64,000 nt of DNA from Desulfobaccales bacterium (GTDB lineage Bacteria > Desulfobacterota > Desulfobaccia > Desulfobaccales > 0-14-0-80-60-11). Below the pieces are notes generated by a model. The model had not been told where the DNA came from and ran no database searches. It saw only the letters and a program-made list of their open reading frames with translations. Below, piece after piece: positions 8,974 through 22,099 of this stretch. The stretch covers positions 1,892 to 65,891 of the forward strand of contig JBIOJX010000001.1 of the NCBI GenBank assembly GCA_044451265.1. Direction: 5' to 3'. The translations under genes were made by a program, and so were the position numbers. Numbering within the stretch: the stretch's first letter is position 1; each line of letters opens with the position of its first letter.

Positions 8974-9450
8974 TCAGCCTCTATCGGGGGCTGTTCCCGG
9001 AGGAGCCGGGCTGACCACCAGCACCGGCAAATCCGCGGCCTCCAGGACGCGCTCCGTCACCGAACCCAACAGGGAGCGCCGGTGCCCTTTTCGCCCCATC
9101 TTACCCATAACGATCAGGTCCACCCTAAGCTGCTCAGCCTCCGACATAATGATTTCATCGGGCATGCCGGTGCGGAGATCTATAGTTACCATAACTCTCC
9201 GGTGCTGGGCCTCTCGAGATAAGGTGCTCAGCATTCTTTTGCCGCTTTCTTCCATATCCTGGAGCAGGCGGGGTTGTTCCTGGCCGGAAAGACGGGAAAG
9301 CTCAGCCAATGCCGAAGAATCAACGACATAAAGCAAGATAACTTCGGCTCCATAAGTAGCTCCCAAATCCAGGGCCAGCCGGTGGGCCTCCAAAGAGGCG
9401 GCGGAGCCGTCAATGGGAACCAGAATCTTGCGAAAGCCCGGCATGCTCAT
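8974..9450 (-). CDS. universal stress protein (UspA family)
   Basis: ILVPIDGS...VILLYVVD...GKMGRKGHRRSLLGSVTERVLEAADLPVLVV. Confidence 0.85.
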   Translation of the reverse strand: MSMPGFRKILVPIDGSAASLEAHRLALDLGATYGAEVILLYVVDSSALAELSRLSGQEQPRLLQDMEESGKRMLSTLSREAQHRRVMVTIDLRTGMPDEIIMSEAEQLRVDLIVMGKMGRKGHRRSLLGSVTERVLEAADLPVLVVSPAPPGTAPDRG

Positions 9451-10073
9451 ACCCTTTTGGTCTTGCGGGCCTTAACCCGCTTTAGCTGGAACAGAGCCTC
9501 ACGTTCCCTTTCCTCCAAGGCCCCTTCCAGGTAGTGGATGGTTTCCCTATAGCTCGGGATCATTACATAATTTAAGGCATTGCTGCGCCGCACCGTACGC
9601 TGCAATTCCCCGGCCAGACGCCAAAGCACCGCCTCTACTTCGGCCAAGGCGGTGATTTGGCCCAGGGCTTCCCGGATGGCCAACTGGCACTCGTCCAGAG
9701 AGGATACGGTGCCCCCGAAACTGAACTCAGGGCGGCGGGACCCGGGGTGGAATTCCACTACGGGCATGGGCATCCCCAAAAAGGCGCGGTCCTTTAAGAG
9801 GACCCGATCGTCTCCCTCGACCCCCAGCGCCGCACGAGCCACGGCAGCGCTTCCCAGGGTCAACAGCCCGGCGGTCAATGACTGATAGGCGTCCTCCAGG
9901 GCCCGTGCCATAGCCCGGCGCATCTTGACGGCCTGGGCTTGCAGCCGCAGCAATTCCTCCAGCAGCAGGTCTCTTTTCTCTTCCAAAAAGGTCAGGGCAT
10001 CGGCGGCCAGAACATATTCTTCCCGGAGTTTAAGAAGATTCCCCTTGGTCGCTGATACGGTCAGCCGCGCCAT
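9447..10073 (-). CDS. atpD: V/A-type ATP synthase subunit D
   Basis: MARLTVSATKGNLLKLREEYVLAADALTFLEEKRDLLLEEL is the typical subunit D N-terminus. Last gene of the ATPase operon. Confidence 0.9.
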   Translation of the reverse strand: MARLTVSATKGNLLKLREEYVLAADALTFLEEKRDLLLEELLRLQAQAVKMRRAMARALEDAYQSLTAGLLTLGSAAVARAALGVEGDDRVLLKDRAFLGMPMPVVEFHPGSRRPEFSFGGTVSSLDECQLAIREALGQITALAEVEAVLWRLAGELQRTVRRSNALNYVMIPSYRETIHYLEGALEEREREALFQLKRVKARKTKRV

Positions 10074-10119
10074 GTTCGCTCCTGCTTGGCAAGAAAAATG
10101 CGGAGGGGGGCTGGGGCCT

Positions 10120-11517
10120 TTAGCCTGCCTCCCAAAAAGTACTGATTTCTTCTGCGGTAACCCGCGTCAATTCGGAGCGGGACAATTCCCTCAGCACTTT
10201 CCAGGCCAGGTCGAGGGTGTAGGTGAGGTCCCGGTTCTCATCCTGTCCCTGGCGGATAAATTGTTCCTCAAAGGCCCGGCCGAACTTAAGGATCTGGCGA
10301 TCCGGCGGTGACAGGCTATCTTCTCCGATAATATTGGTCAAGGCCTGAATCCGTTGCACCCTGGCATAAGCCGCGTAGAGTTGGGAGGCCACATGGGCGT
10401 GGTCGGCTCGGGTGCGATTGGCGCCAATGCCGTCGCTCATCAGGCGGGACAGAGACGGCAGCACATTAATGGGCGGATAGATGCCTCGCTGGTGTAGGGC
10501 CCGGTCCAGGACGATCTGCCCTTCAGTGATATAGCCGGTGAGGTCCGGGATAGGATGGGTGATGTCGTCATTGGGCATGGTAAGGATGGGCAGTTGGGTT
10601 ATGGACCCCCCGCTGGTGACGATCTTCCCGGCTCGCTCATAGAGCGCGGCCAAATCACTGTATAAGTAGCCCGGATAACCCTTGCGACTGGGGACCTCAC
10701 CCTTGGACGAGGCCACTTCCCGCAGGGCCTCACAATAGTTGGTCATATCCGTGAGGACCACCAAGATGTGGCGGCCCTTCTCGAAGGCCAGATATTCAGC
10801 GACGGTTAGCGCCAGCCGTGGGGTAATCAGGCGTTCAATGGCCGGGTCGTCTGCCAGGTTGAGGAACATCACCACATTATTGAGCACTCCGCTGGCTTCA
10901 AAAGATTGGCGAAAGAGACCGGCGATGTCGTGTTGCACCCCCATGGCGGCAAAGACGATGGCAAAACGTTCTTCTTCGCCCGGCAGCCGGGCCTGACGGA
11001 CAATCTGGGCCGCCAGTTCGTGGTGGGGCAAACCGCTCATGGCGAAGATGGGTAGTTTTTGCCCGCGGACCAGGGTATTCATCCCATCAATGGCAGAAAT
11101 GCCGGTCTGGATGACTTCCTGGGGGTAGGCCCGGGCCGTGGGATTAATAGGTTGGCCATTGATATTCCGGGTAGTTTCGCCCACCGGCGGTGGGCCGCCA
11201 TCCCGAGGTTGCCCCAGGCCGTCAAAGATTCGGCCCAGCAGATCTTCCGATACCGGCAGCATCAGCGGCGAGCCGACAAAACGTACCTGAGTCTGGTTCA
11301 GGGACAGGCCCATGGTTTCGCCGAAGAGTTCGATCACCGCTTCCTGTCGACCAACTGCCAGCACCCGGCCCATTTTTCGGGAGCCATCCCCGAAGGTGAC
11401 TTCCACGCTTTCGCCGTAGCCCACCCCCTGGACCCCCTCCACTACCAGCAAGGGGCCGGCAATGCTCTTGAGGGAGAGGTATTCCCGGCCGGAAGGTCGG
11501 TGGTTAGGCGCTGCCAT
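10120..11517 (-). CDS. atpB: V/A-type ATP synthase subunit B
   Basis: Non-catalytic B-subunit motifs ([36 protein letters not shown]-like [21 protein letters not shown]). Likely start is the internal ATG ([13 protein letters not shown]..). Confidence 0.92.
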   Translation of the reverse strand: MAAPNHRPSGREYLSLKSIAGPLLVVEGVQGVGYGESVEVTFGDGSRKMGRVLAVGRQEAVIELFGETMGLSLNQTQVRFVGSPLMLPVSEDLLGRIFDGLGQPRDGGPPPVGETTRNINGQPINPTARAYPQEVIQTGISAIDGMNTLVRGQKLPIFAMSGLPHHELAAQIVRQARLPGEEERFAIVFAAMGVQHDIAGLFRQSFEASGVLNNVVMFLNLADDPAIERLITPRLALTVAEYLAFEKGRHILVVLTDMTNYCEALREVASSKGEVPSRKGYPGYLYSDLAALYERAGKIVTSGGSITQLPILTMPNDDITHPIPDLTGYITEGQIVLDRALHQRGIYPPINVLPSLSRLMSDGIGANRTRADHAHVASQLYAAYARVQRIQALTNIIGEDSLSPPDRQILKFGRAFEEQFIRQGQDENRDLTYTLDLAWKVLRELSRSELTRVTAEEISTFWEAG

Positions 11518-13276
11518 GGTTGACCAGGGCCTCCATTCGGGCTGATAGGGTATTAGCCAATTCCTCAAACCGGTCCAGTTGATCCTCGCCCCAGCGGGAT
11601 TTCATCTGCAGCAAATCGGTTAGCTCGGCAATGGCGCGAATCTGATAGAAGGGTATGCCCTGGGCCAGCACACCGCGAGCCTGGCGGTAGGCCCCCAAGA
11701 TCAGGTGCAGCATCTTCATCTGTTTTTGTGGCGAGCAGAACATGTCCTGGGGATCAAAGGCGCTTTGCTGTAGGAAACCTTCTTTGAGCCAGCGGGCCGC
11801 CTCCAGGGTCAGCCGCTTGGAGTCCGGGAGGGCTTCCTCGCCCAGGAGCTTAACGATGCGCTGCAATTGATAATCCTCCTGGAGTAAGGCCAGGGTTTCC
11901 TCTCGCATTTCCTTCCAGGCCGGGTCGATGTTCTTGGTCCACCAAGCCGCGATGGCGTCGGCGTATTCGCTGTAGCTGTCTGTGGTATTGATGGCGGGAA
12001 AATAACGGGCCGCGGCCAGTTCTTTATCCAGGCCCCAAAAACACCGCACAAAGCGTTTGGTATGGGTGGTTACGGGTTCGGAAAAATCCCCGCCCGGGGG
12101 AGAGACCGCACCGATGATGGACACCGAAGCCCGCGCCCCATTCAAGGTGACGACGCTGCCGGCCCGTTCATAGAACTCCGCCAGCCGGGTGGCCAGATAG
12201 GCCGGGAAGCCTTCTTCGGCCGGCATTTCTTCCAGACGGCCGGAAATCTCCCGGAGGGCCTCGGCCCAGCGAGAGGTGGAGTCGGCCATTAAGGCCACCT
12301 GATAACCCATATCCCGGAAGGCTTCGGCCAGGGTGATGCCGGTGTAAATGGAGGCTTCCCGGGCCGCCACAGGCATATTTGAGGTGTTGGCAATCATCAG
12401 GGTCCGCTCTATCAGGGCATGGCCGCTGCGGGGATCCTGCAGCCGCGGGAGCTCGGCCAAAATACCGGTTATCTCATTGCCCCGCTCGCCGCAACCCACA
12501 TAAACGATCAGGTCGGCGGCGCACCACTTGGACAACTGCTGCTGGGTGATGGTCTTGCCGGTGCCGAACCCCCCGGGGATGGCCGCGGTTCCCCCCTTAG
12601 CCAGGGGAAAGAGGGTGTCCACCACCCGTTGCCCGGTGATTAGCGGTTCCGTGGGCAACAGCCGCTGCCGATAAGGCCTGACCCGGCGCACCGGCCAGCG
12701 ATGCCAGAGGTAGAGGCTAACCTCTTTGCCTTTAGGAGTGCGCACCCGGGCGATGGTCTCAGTCAGGGTATAATCCCCGGGTGGCGCCAGGTAAGTGAGC
12801 GTCCCTTGGAGCAGGGGCGGGGCCAAAACCCGATGTTCCAGGGCCGGGGTTTCCGGCACAGTGCCCAGAACTTCGCCGCCTTGTAAGGTAATCCCCACCT
12901 GCAGGCTGGGTGTGAAGGACCAGACTCGTTCCCGGTCCAGGGGAGTGACCGCCAGGCCTCGGGAAATAAAGGAACCTTGGACTTGCTGCAGAACGTTCAA
13001 GGGTCGCTGGATGCCATCAAAGATCTGGCCTATCAGGCCCGGCCCGATCTCCACGGAGAGGGGCGCTCCCTGGCCTACCACCGGGTCCCCGGGGCGAATG
13101 GACTCGGTATCCTCATAAACCTGGATCGTGGCGGCATCCCCGGCCAGTTCAATAACCTCCCCAATGAGGCGTTCCTCTCCCACCTCCACCACCTCATACA
13201 TGGAGAGATCTCCCCCGCCGGAGGCTTTGACTACCGGCCCGCTGACCCAACTGACTTCACTTTGTTTGTCCGGCAT
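11504..13276 (-). CDS. atpA: V/A-type ATP synthase catalytic subunit A
   Basis: Walker [10 protein letters not shown]; GERGNE and [22 protein letters not shown] motifs; 590 aa. Confidence 0.95.
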   Translation of the reverse strand: MPDKQSEVSWVSGPVVKASGGGDLSMYEVVEVGEERLIGEVIELAGDAATIQVYEDTESIRPGDPVVGQGAPLSVEIGPGLIGQIFDGIQRPLNVLQQVQGSFISRGLAVTPLDRERVWSFTPSLQVGITLQGGEVLGTVPETPALEHRVLAPPLLQGTLTYLAPPGDYTLTETIARVRTPKGKEVSLYLWHRWPVRRVRPYRQRLLPTEPLITGQRVVDTLFPLAKGGTAAIPGGFGTGKTITQQQLSKWCAADLIVYVGCGERGNEITGILAELPRLQDPRSGHALIERTLMIANTSNMPVAAREASIYTGITLAEAFRDMGYQVALMADSTSRWAEALREISGRLEEMPAEEGFPAYLATRLAEFYERAGSVVTLNGARASVSIIGAVSPPGGDFSEPVTTHTKRFVRCFWGLDKELAAARYFPAINTTDSYSEYADAIAAWWTKNIDPAWKEMREETLALLQEDYQLQRIVKLLGEEALPDSKRLTLEAARWLKEGFLQQSAFDPQDMFCSPQKQMKMLHLILGAYRQARGVLAQGIPFYQIRAIAELTDLLQMKSRWGEDQLDRFEELANTLSARMEALVNHGSA

Positions 13277-13334
13277 ATTTTATTTCGGGAGCATGGGGAC
13301 CAAAACGACGGTTAGGGCTCTCCCTTCTCACAAC

Positions 13335-13952
13335 TCATTGGCTTTCCCATAACTTCCGGGCTATTTCCGTACGCAGCCTTTCCATCTGTCGGTTAATAAT
13401 TCCCTGGAAGGTCTGGTCCAGACGCATCCGACCATCCTCCCGAACCGCGATGAAGCCGCCGGGAGGTACCTCGTCATCCAATTCCAACTCAAGATGGGCC
13501 CCCGTCTTTTGGCCCACTTCCGTAAGGAGCTCAGCGGTCAGCCACTTGGCATCTTCGGGGTTGGCCAAGATGCGCAAGCCTGCCCCGGTAAGCTCGTGCA
13601 GGGCCTTGAGCAGCAGGCGCCGAAGCCAGTCTGGGTAATCGGCCTGGTGTCGGAAGGCCTGCAGGCGTTCCATCCCGAGTTTAAAGATCTCGCCCAGCAA
13701 AGTCTCTTTGGCTTCGGCTATCCGGCGCTTACTTTCCAAAGCCGCGCGGTCTACCAGGTTGCGGGCGGTGAGCAAGGCCTGGGCCCGCATTTCTTCGCTG
13801 GCTCGGCGTACCGCCTCCCGGCCCCGCGCCTCTTCGGCAGCCACCAGTTGGTCGGCTTTTCCCCGGGCCTGGCTGACGATCTTTTCAGCCTCTTGTTTCC
13901 CCTGCGTCAGGATTTCCTGGCAGAGAAGTTCCACTTGATCATAGAGGGGCAT
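13335..13952 (-). CDS. atpE: V/A-type ATP synthase subunit E
   Basis: 205 aa. N-terminal charged coiled coil (QEAEKIVSQARGKADQLV...) and C-terminal GGFIAVREDGRMRLDQTFQGII pattern. Confidence 0.8.
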   Translation of the reverse strand: MPLYDQVELLCQEILTQGKQEAEKIVSQARGKADQLVAAEEARGREAVRRASEEMRAQALLTARNLVDRAALESKRRIAEAKETLLGEIFKLGMERLQAFRHQADYPDWLRRLLLKALHELTGAGLRILANPEDAKWLTAELLTEVGQKTGAHLELELDDEVPPGGFIAVREDGRMRLDQTFQGIINRQMERLRTEIARKLWESQ

Positions 13953-13958
13953 GGCTTC

Positions 13959-14273
13959 TCACCTGGGTAGGCCCATCAAAGAGCGCAGCCGGTCCAGCAA
14001 CGATTCTTTCTGGGCCATCGGCCCGGCCAGGTCGGGGATTTCCAAAATCAAAGGTCTTAGCCGGTCTCGCCGGGCTCCATCTACTGCCTCCCGGACCTGG
14101 TCGGCCAGTCGTTCGGTAATCAGGACCAGTCCCACCTCAGGGTCTTCCCAAGACTTGACTAACAATTCCTGGACCTTGCCGGGGGTATGCGCCACTTCTC
14201 CCCTTATTCCGGCCAGGGAAAAGGCGTTAATGGTGTGTTCATCGGCAATAACAAAAAACTTCAGATTGTCCAT
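13959..14273 (-). CDS. atpF: V/A-type ATP synthase subunit F
   Basis: 104 aa: KFFVIADEHTINAFSLAGIRG...LVLITERLADQV. Confidence 0.85.
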   Translation of the reverse strand: MDNLKFFVIADEHTINAFSLAGIRGEVAHTPGKVQELLVKSWEDPEVGLVLITERLADQVREAVDGARRDRLRPLILEIPDLAGPMAQKESLLDRLRSLMGLPR

Positions 14274-14294
14274 GACATTATGGTTCTGGGCCGG

Positions 14295-16585
<2,291 letters not shown>

Positions 16586-16593
<8 letters not shown>

Positions 16594-17653
16594 AACGGCC
16601 TCCCGCGGCCCTTCCCCGGATCAGGGGGCTTAGCCGATCGGATGGGATTCTGAGGATAATACCGGTGAACAGGGTGATCAGGTTACGGATCTCCAATTCT
16701 TTTAATAGTAAATAAGTTATGGGCAAGCCGATCTGGAAGGGCGGCAGGGTAAAGACCTTCTCCAAGGTCTTCACCCAGTAACGGGTCAAACGTTCTTCCA
16801 CCGCGGCCAGGTCAGAGGCCCCTTCCAGCACCTCTCCATAAGGTCGCCGGGGTAAACGGGTGATCACGGCAGCCAGATTCGGGGCAAAGGCCAGGTCATG
16901 CCGTCGGCGTGGCTCCCCCAGGCTCCCGGCCTCCAGGAGGTACTGGTAGGTTTCCTCTCCGGGGAAGCCGTAGATCTCCCGAAAGCGTCCCGCCCAGATG
17001 ATGTTGTTGATATCCGCCAGGGTTCCAAGAAGTTGGCCTGATAGACGCCGGTCCCGTCCAGACAGGCTGTTCCGTCCTCGCAGGATGTAGTCGAATACCC
17101 AGAGATCTAATGACATTTCCAGGGGGAAGAGACTGTGCTCCCGCAAGTACCGGGGCAACCCCCGCACCAGGGGCGGCCCCCAAGGGGTGTTAGCCAGATA
17201 ATTCACCAGGGCGCTGATATCTCTCTGATTCAGCAACTCCCGGAAGTTCAACGGGGATAACCTATCCAACGGTATGAGCAGGCGAACCGCCTGGTCGGGG
17301 GCCAGCCCCCGGTGGAGTGTCCGCAGCACCACCTTGAGATTTTCCGCCACCAGCCTCTGCGCCAATATCCCGATAAAGAGCCGCTCCCGTTTCTTCAATC
17401 CCCGGCCCACCTTCTGGAAGGCCTGAGCCAACTCGCCATAGAGACGCTGGCTGAACTCACTTTCTGCCTCTGGGCTATGCCAGTCCCACCCACTTAAGGC
17501 CACTCCATATGCCGTGGTGGAGAGATATCCCAGAAAGTCATCGAGATGACGAGACCGCAGGAGAAAATGATAATCTTCCGCGGTTAGTAGAAAGCTTTTG
17601 AGAGCCATGATCTTGGCTCCCCCATAGGCATAGCGCCAGACCCTGAAGATCAT
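16586..17653 (-). CDS. atpC: V/A-type ATP synthase subunit C (d/AC39 family)
   Basis: 355-aa all-helical protein in the expected operon position. ATGA overlap with the upstream gene. Confidence 0.8.
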
Positions 17654-17964
17654 TCCGCTAACACCAGGGATAGGAGAAAAGCTGCGACCTCTTCCCCATG
17701 GGTATCTCGTTTCTCACGCAGTCCCGCAATATACCGTTCGGTGCTCTCTGCCACCTCAGCGGCCCTTGTCTTGGCCTGGCGCAGAATCTCTTCCTGGACG
17801 GTTTCTTGGAGTTGGGCGAGCTCACCTTGAAGTTTTGCCTGGATCGCCTCAATCCGGATTTGAGCGTAGTCCAGCAGCGTCCGCGCCTCTTTTTGGGCCT
17901 GGGCCACCAGAGCTCGAGCCTCACGGTCGGCGAGGATGATTTTTTCTAAATCAGGTACCATCAA
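17650..17964 (-). CDS. V/A-type ATP synthase peripheral-stalk subunit (G/H-like coiled coil)
   Basis: 104 aa, highly charged heptad-like sequence (EARALVAQAQKEARTLLDYAQIRIEAIQAKLQ). First gene of the operon. Confidence 0.55.
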   Translation of the reverse strand: MMVPDLEKIILADREARALVAQAQKEARTLLDYAQIRIEAIQAKLQGELAQLQETVQEEILRQAKTRAAEVAESTERYIAGLREKRDTHGEEVAAFLLSLVLAE

Positions 17965-18291
17965 TTCCTACCAGAGGCTGAAAATAGTGGTTTTTAGTGA
18001 ACATATAGAAGACCCTGCGTCTGCGGCTCAGGCTGACGGGGGAGGCAATTTTAAATAAAAAACTCTGACATATCCAATTAGTAATGGCGCTATCGGTATA
18101 AATCAATGGGCGGAAGCCTGCTGGGCTTTTAGCTGCTAGCCTCCCGCTTCATCGGGCTGGGACCCAGTTTGTGTGCCCTCTCTGACATGCATTTCCTGAC
18201 AGATGGCCGTGAACCGGGGCCCTTCGGAGAACGAGAGATTGAACATTTCCAGCCTTTCCAGCTCCCCCTTGTGTAATCTACGTTCAAGGTA

Positions 18292-19503
18292 TTACAGACC
18301 CTTGCCCGTCTCCTGGACGGCCCGTTCCATTTCCTTTTCCAGGGCGGCCGGTAGTCCCTCAATCTTAACTTTGAGGAAGCCTCGAACAATGGTGGAGACG
18401 GCCTCGTCTTCATCTAGTCCCCGGGCCATGAGGTATTCCACTTCCTCTGCGGCGATTTTGCCCACCGCGGCTTCATGAGACATATCCACCCCGGCCACCC
18501 GGCCTTCCAGTTCGGGGATGGCGTAGATGATCCCGGTAGGGGAGAGGATAAGCCCGCGACATTCCAGGTGGGCCTTGATCTCGGGAGCCTGGCCGACCAG
18601 GTGGCCGCGACTAATGCACTTGCCGCCGATGGTGAGGCTGCGGGCGATGACCTCGGCCCGGGTTTGGGGGGCCTGCAGGATCACCCGGCCACCGATATCC
18701 AGCTCGGAACCTGGATGAGCGATAAGAATGGAGTTGAGGCGAGCCACAGCTCCCGGACCCGCCAGGGTCACGGTGGGATAGGTTTGCACCGTTTTAACCG
18801 GCTTGAGGAGGATATAGTTGGAGATGTAGCAGCCGCCCTCTTCCACCCAGACCCCGGTGCGGGGGCGCACATGGACGTCTTCCGCCCAATTGTGGATCAT
18901 GGTGAAGGTGAGCTGCCCCCCGGCCCGCACATAAAACTCCGAGACCCCCACATGGAGGCCGGAGTGCACCGAGGGATGAGTGGTGCAGCCAGTGATGATA
19001 TGGAGCTGGGCCCCGGGCTCGACGATTACCAGATTATGGATGTATTGGGCGAAGAGGTCGGTGCGCAGATAGAGGCAGGACTCCACCGGCTGCGCCAGGC
19101 GCACCCCGGGCAGGGCTCGGGTGAAGTAGCCGTTGTCCAGCTCCAATTCTGCCCGGGCCGTATATTTATCGGCATCCACCTCTACCAAACGCCAGAGGTA
19201 ATCGGACACCCAATCGTAACGGTGCACGGCCTCGGTGATGGGCAACACTTCCACCCCCGGCTGGTTTACCCGGCAGTGCACTACCTTGGCATCGGCCTGC
19301 AAAAAAGTACCGGCATGTTCCTCGTCGGTCAATTCAATACCGGCTTTGAGCAGATGCTGCCGCTCTTCGGAAGTGAATTGACGGTACTCGGGATCGTAAG
19401 CCCAGTCGCCCCCCTGGCGGGAGAAGTCCTCCAGATTGAGATCTGGCCCCAGGGCGGCTTTCTTATCCCGACTCTTGGCGGCGCGGGTTTTTACCTCAGA
19501 CAT
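18292..19503 (-). CDS. sufB: Fe-S cluster assembly scaffold SufB/SufD-family protein
   Basis: C-terminal beta-helix repeats and ..HEAAVGKIAAEEVEYLMARGLDEDEAVSTIVRGF.. signature. Likely start MSEVKTRAAK, overlapping the sufC stop. Confidence 0.85.
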   Translation of the reverse strand: MSEVKTRAAKSRDKKAALGPDLNLEDFSRQGGDWAYDPEYRQFTSEERQHLLKAGIELTDEEHAGTFLQADAKVVHCRVNQPGVEVLPITEAVHRYDWVSDYLWRLVEVDADKYTARAELELDNGYFTRALPGVRLAQPVESCLYLRTDLFAQYIHNLVIVEPGAQLHIITGCTTHPSVHSGLHVGVSEFYVRAGGQLTFTMIHNWAEDVHVRPRTGVWVEEGGCYISNYILLKPVKTVQTYPTVTLAGPGAVARLNSILIAHPGSELDIGGRVILQAPQTRAEVIARSLTIGGKCISRGHLVGQAPEIKAHLECRGLILSPTGIIYAIPELEGRVAGVDMSHEAAVGKIAAEEVEYLMARGLDEDEAVSTIVRGFLKVKIEGLPAALEKEMERAVQETGKGL

Positions 19504-20213
19504 CGGGCGCACTCCTCGTAGCCGTACTGCTTGAGATGCTGGAGAATTTCCCGGGGGTTTCCCTGACACGGTATTTTCCCGTCCAACAAGATATAGCCGC
19601 TGTCAGCATTAACATAATCCAGGATAAAGCCGGTATGGGTGATGATCAGTCCGGATTTTTCCCGGTGCCCCCGGCGCCGGTCTTTCTGCAGCAGTCGACC
19701 GATGATTTCCCCCACCACTTCGAGGTTCTCCAGGTCCACCCCCGATTCAGGCTCATCCAGAAGCACCAGCAACGGGTCCTGCACCAGCAATTGCAGGAGT
19801 TCCGAGCGTTTCAGCTCGCCTCCGGAAAAGCCGTAGTTAACCTCCCGATCCAGAAAAGGAGTGAAGTTGTACTGCTCCACCAGGGGCAGGTAGGGTTTCA
19901 TACCGGCGCAGGCGTAAAGGACATCTCCGGTTTTCACCCCGCGAATCGAGGGCGGCCGCTGAAAGGCCAGCCCCAAGCCCAGGCGGGCCCGCTCATAAAT
20001 AGGCGAGTGCGTGATGTCCCGGCCTTGGAAGGAGATCTTCCCCTGCTTTACCTGGTAACGCTGAAAACCCATGATGGTCATGAGCAGGGTAGATTTTCCA
20101 GAGCCGTTCTTGCCGAAGAGGACATGCGTCTCTCCCAGTGGGATGTGCAGATTGATCCCTCTGAGAATTTCCTTGCCGTCAATGCTCACCCACAAATCTT
20201 CGATCTTGAGCAT
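19491..20213 (-). CDS. sufC: Fe-S cluster assembly ATPase SufC
   Basis: Walker A GKNGSGKSTLL, signature FSGGELKRSELLQL, Walker B LVLLDEPESGVD. Confidence 0.92.
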   Translation of the reverse strand: MLKIEDLWVSIDGKEILRGINLHIPLGETHVLFGKNGSGKSTLLMTIMGFQRYQVKQGKISFQGRDITHSPIYERARLGLGLAFQRPPSIRGVKTGDVLYACAGMKPYLPLVEQYNFTPFLDREVNYGFSGGELKRSELLQLLVQDPLLVLLDEPESGVDLENLEVVGEIIGRLLQKDRRRGHREKSGLIITHTGFILDYVNADSGYILLDGKIPCQGNPREILQHLKQYGYEECARCLR

Positions 20214-20268
20214 AAGTCACCATAAATTGTAACGCTAAACCTATCTTCCGCCATGCATACTTATAGAC

Positions 20269-20718
20269 CTACCACGCCTCTGGAAAGGCTACCGTGTCAT
20301 AAAGATTTTCCAGTTTTTCCTTGTGGCTTGACTCCGCCCGGGCCAGGTAGTCCAGGCGACGCCGGATTTCGCCCTCCGGTTGAAGTTCGACCAGGGATTG
20401 GTAAAACCGGCAGAGCCCGTCAGATCGCTTGATAGCCAGCGCCAGGGCATCCTTGGGAGACAAATCTTCGGTAATTTTGGGAACCTGCAAGTGCTCCGCC
20501 AGGTGGACGTCGTGCACCGGTGGGACTACCGGGCAGCCATCCGGGGTCAGGCACTGATGCAGCCGGGCCTTGTTCTCTTCCGCCTCCTTGGCCAGATACT
20601 TGAACATCTCCCGAGTGTCAGCATGGGACACCCGGTGGGCCAGGCGGTGATAGAAATCCCGGGCCAGTTCGTGTTGGTCCATGGCTTCCTGAATGAGGTC
20701 GACAAGCTCTTTTCTCAT
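20269..20718 (-). CDS. ferritin-like / rubrerythrin-family di-iron domain protein
   Basis: Two E..H-type helices (AKEAEENK.., ARAESSHKEKL). ATG at 20718 preceded by AGGAGG. Confidence 0.7.
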   Translation of the reverse strand: MRKELVDLIQEAMDQHELARDFYHRLAHRVSHADTREMFKYLAKEAEENKARLHQCLTPDGCPVVPPVHDVHLAEHLQVPKITEDLSPKDALALAIKRSDGLCRFYQSLVELQPEGEIRRRLDYLARAESSHKEKLENLYDTVAFPEAW

Positions 20719-20778
20719 GGGATTGTTCCTCCTGTCGCAGGGGTTATCCATGAATCGGCCCTGCGTCCTGATCGTGGT

Positions 20779-21492
20779 TCATTGGCCTCCCGCCGAAGGC
20801 AGGGAAAGCTCCCCAAAAACCCGCATGATTAACCGGGGACGCTTGGGGGAGGTGGTAGAAAGTTCAATCACTCCCGCATAATTTCCGGTTTCCTGCCGTT
20901 TGTTACGGACTTCCACCACGTAAATCCGGCCCGGCTCTTCCGCTTTCACGGTCACGTCGATGTACTGGGGGATGTTGGTTTTAAATTCGGTAATCTCAAA
21001 GTTCCCGGGAAGGTGGGAGGTGAAGCGCACCTGACTGCGCAGTTCATCTTCCGGCTTGCCCCGGAAACGAATGATGTGGCTCGGCTGAATTTCAATAAAA
21101 GGCTTGCCGTAACCTTGCAGGGTCAGGACCACCTGAGGATGTTCCGGGTCGTTAAAAAACACCTTGGTTTTTTTGGTGAATTGCCGGAGCACCGAGTAAG
21201 GAGCGATGGTCAGGGTGATGCGGCCTTGTCCGCCGGGAGGGATGCGCCGGTCGGAGTCGGCCGCGGTGCAGGCGCAATCGGAGTCTATGTCCTTGATTTC
21301 CAAAAGGGCGTCGCCGATATTCCTGATGTCGAAGGTATGGGTCAACTTCCGGTCTTCAAAAACTTCGCCGAAATCAAATGTGGTCTCGGGAACCTGGGCC
21401 TTCGGGCCAATACTGGCCGTTCCTGCGGCGGGCGAGCCGAGCAGCAATAATATCAAGATCAAAATCCGGTAGGCCGATTTAGTGATAACCAT
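20779..21492 (-). CDS. secreted DUF1573-domain protein
   Basis: Signal peptide, then FDFGEVFEDRKLTHTFDIRNIGDALLEIKDIDSDCACT, the DUF1573 hallmark. Confidence 0.8.
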   Translation of the reverse strand: MVITKSAYRILILILLLLGSPAAGTASIGPKAQVPETTFDFGEVFEDRKLTHTFDIRNIGDALLEIKDIDSDCACTAADSDRRIPPGGQGRITLTIAPYSVLRQFTKKTKVFFNDPEHPQVVLTLQGYGKPFIEIQPSHIIRFRGKPEDELRSQVRFTSHLPGNFEITEFKTNIPQYIDVTVKAEEPGRIYVVEVRNKRQETGNYAGVIELSTTSPKRPRLIMRVFGELSLPSAGGQ

Positions 21493-21506
21493 AGTTCTCC
21501 TTGCTC

Positions 21507-22061
21507 CTAGTCCGCGTCCAGGGCCCGCCAGCCGAAGCTTTCCAGATAGGCCTGAAGCTTTTCCCGTTTCTCCCGGTATTTTTCTTCCCAGATAGGCGGG
21601 CAGTCATTGGGGCTGATCTCGCCTTCCCGCAGGGCCGCGGCATAGGCCATGCAGGTGCTATAGCCGCAGGCCTTGCAGTTGGTCATGGGCAGCAGCCTCA
21701 AGATGTCCATGACCCTAAGCCCGGCCTGCCCGGTGAAGCGGGGGGTGATCTCCTCCCGGCGCTCATACACCTGGTTGATTTGCCCCTTGATCCACTCCAG
21801 CATGGCGTGGGATTCCTCTATATCCCGTGCTCCTTTGACGGCAATCTCGTGCGGCTGCAAGGTGAACCCTTTGCCGGCGGAGAGCTTGAGTAGCAACACG
21901 TGATTATCCCCGTCATAATCCCAGCCGCCCAGTTCGGCGTTCAGGTAGGGGAAGACCGGGGAAATGTCCGTGTCAAAGGTTGCGAGGCCGTGCAGGATTT
22001 CCTTGCTAGAGTCGCATTTGGGCCGGAAGATCTCGAAGTTTTTGATTTGTTCCAGTAACAT
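21507..22061 (-). CDS. uncharacterised protein with C-terminal RnfB-type 4Fe-4S-binding domain (paralog 1)
   Basis: LPMTNCKACGYSTCMAYAAALREGEISPNDCPP matches the LPxTNCGxCGxxxC...C motif of the RnfB/AcsC N-terminal Fe-S domain. 184 aa. Confidence 0.75.
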   Translation of the reverse strand: MLLEQIKNFEIFRPKCDSSKEILHGLATFDTDISPVFPYLNAELGGWDYDGDNHVLLLKLSAGKGFTLQPHEIAVKGARDIEESHAMLEWIKGQINQVYERREEITPRFTGQAGLRVMDILRLLPMTNCKACGYSTCMAYAAALREGEISPNDCPPIWEEKYREKREKLQAYLESFGWRALDAD

Positions 22062-22099
22062 CTCGCCTCCGGGGTTATGGCCCCTGATTCAAGTGGATG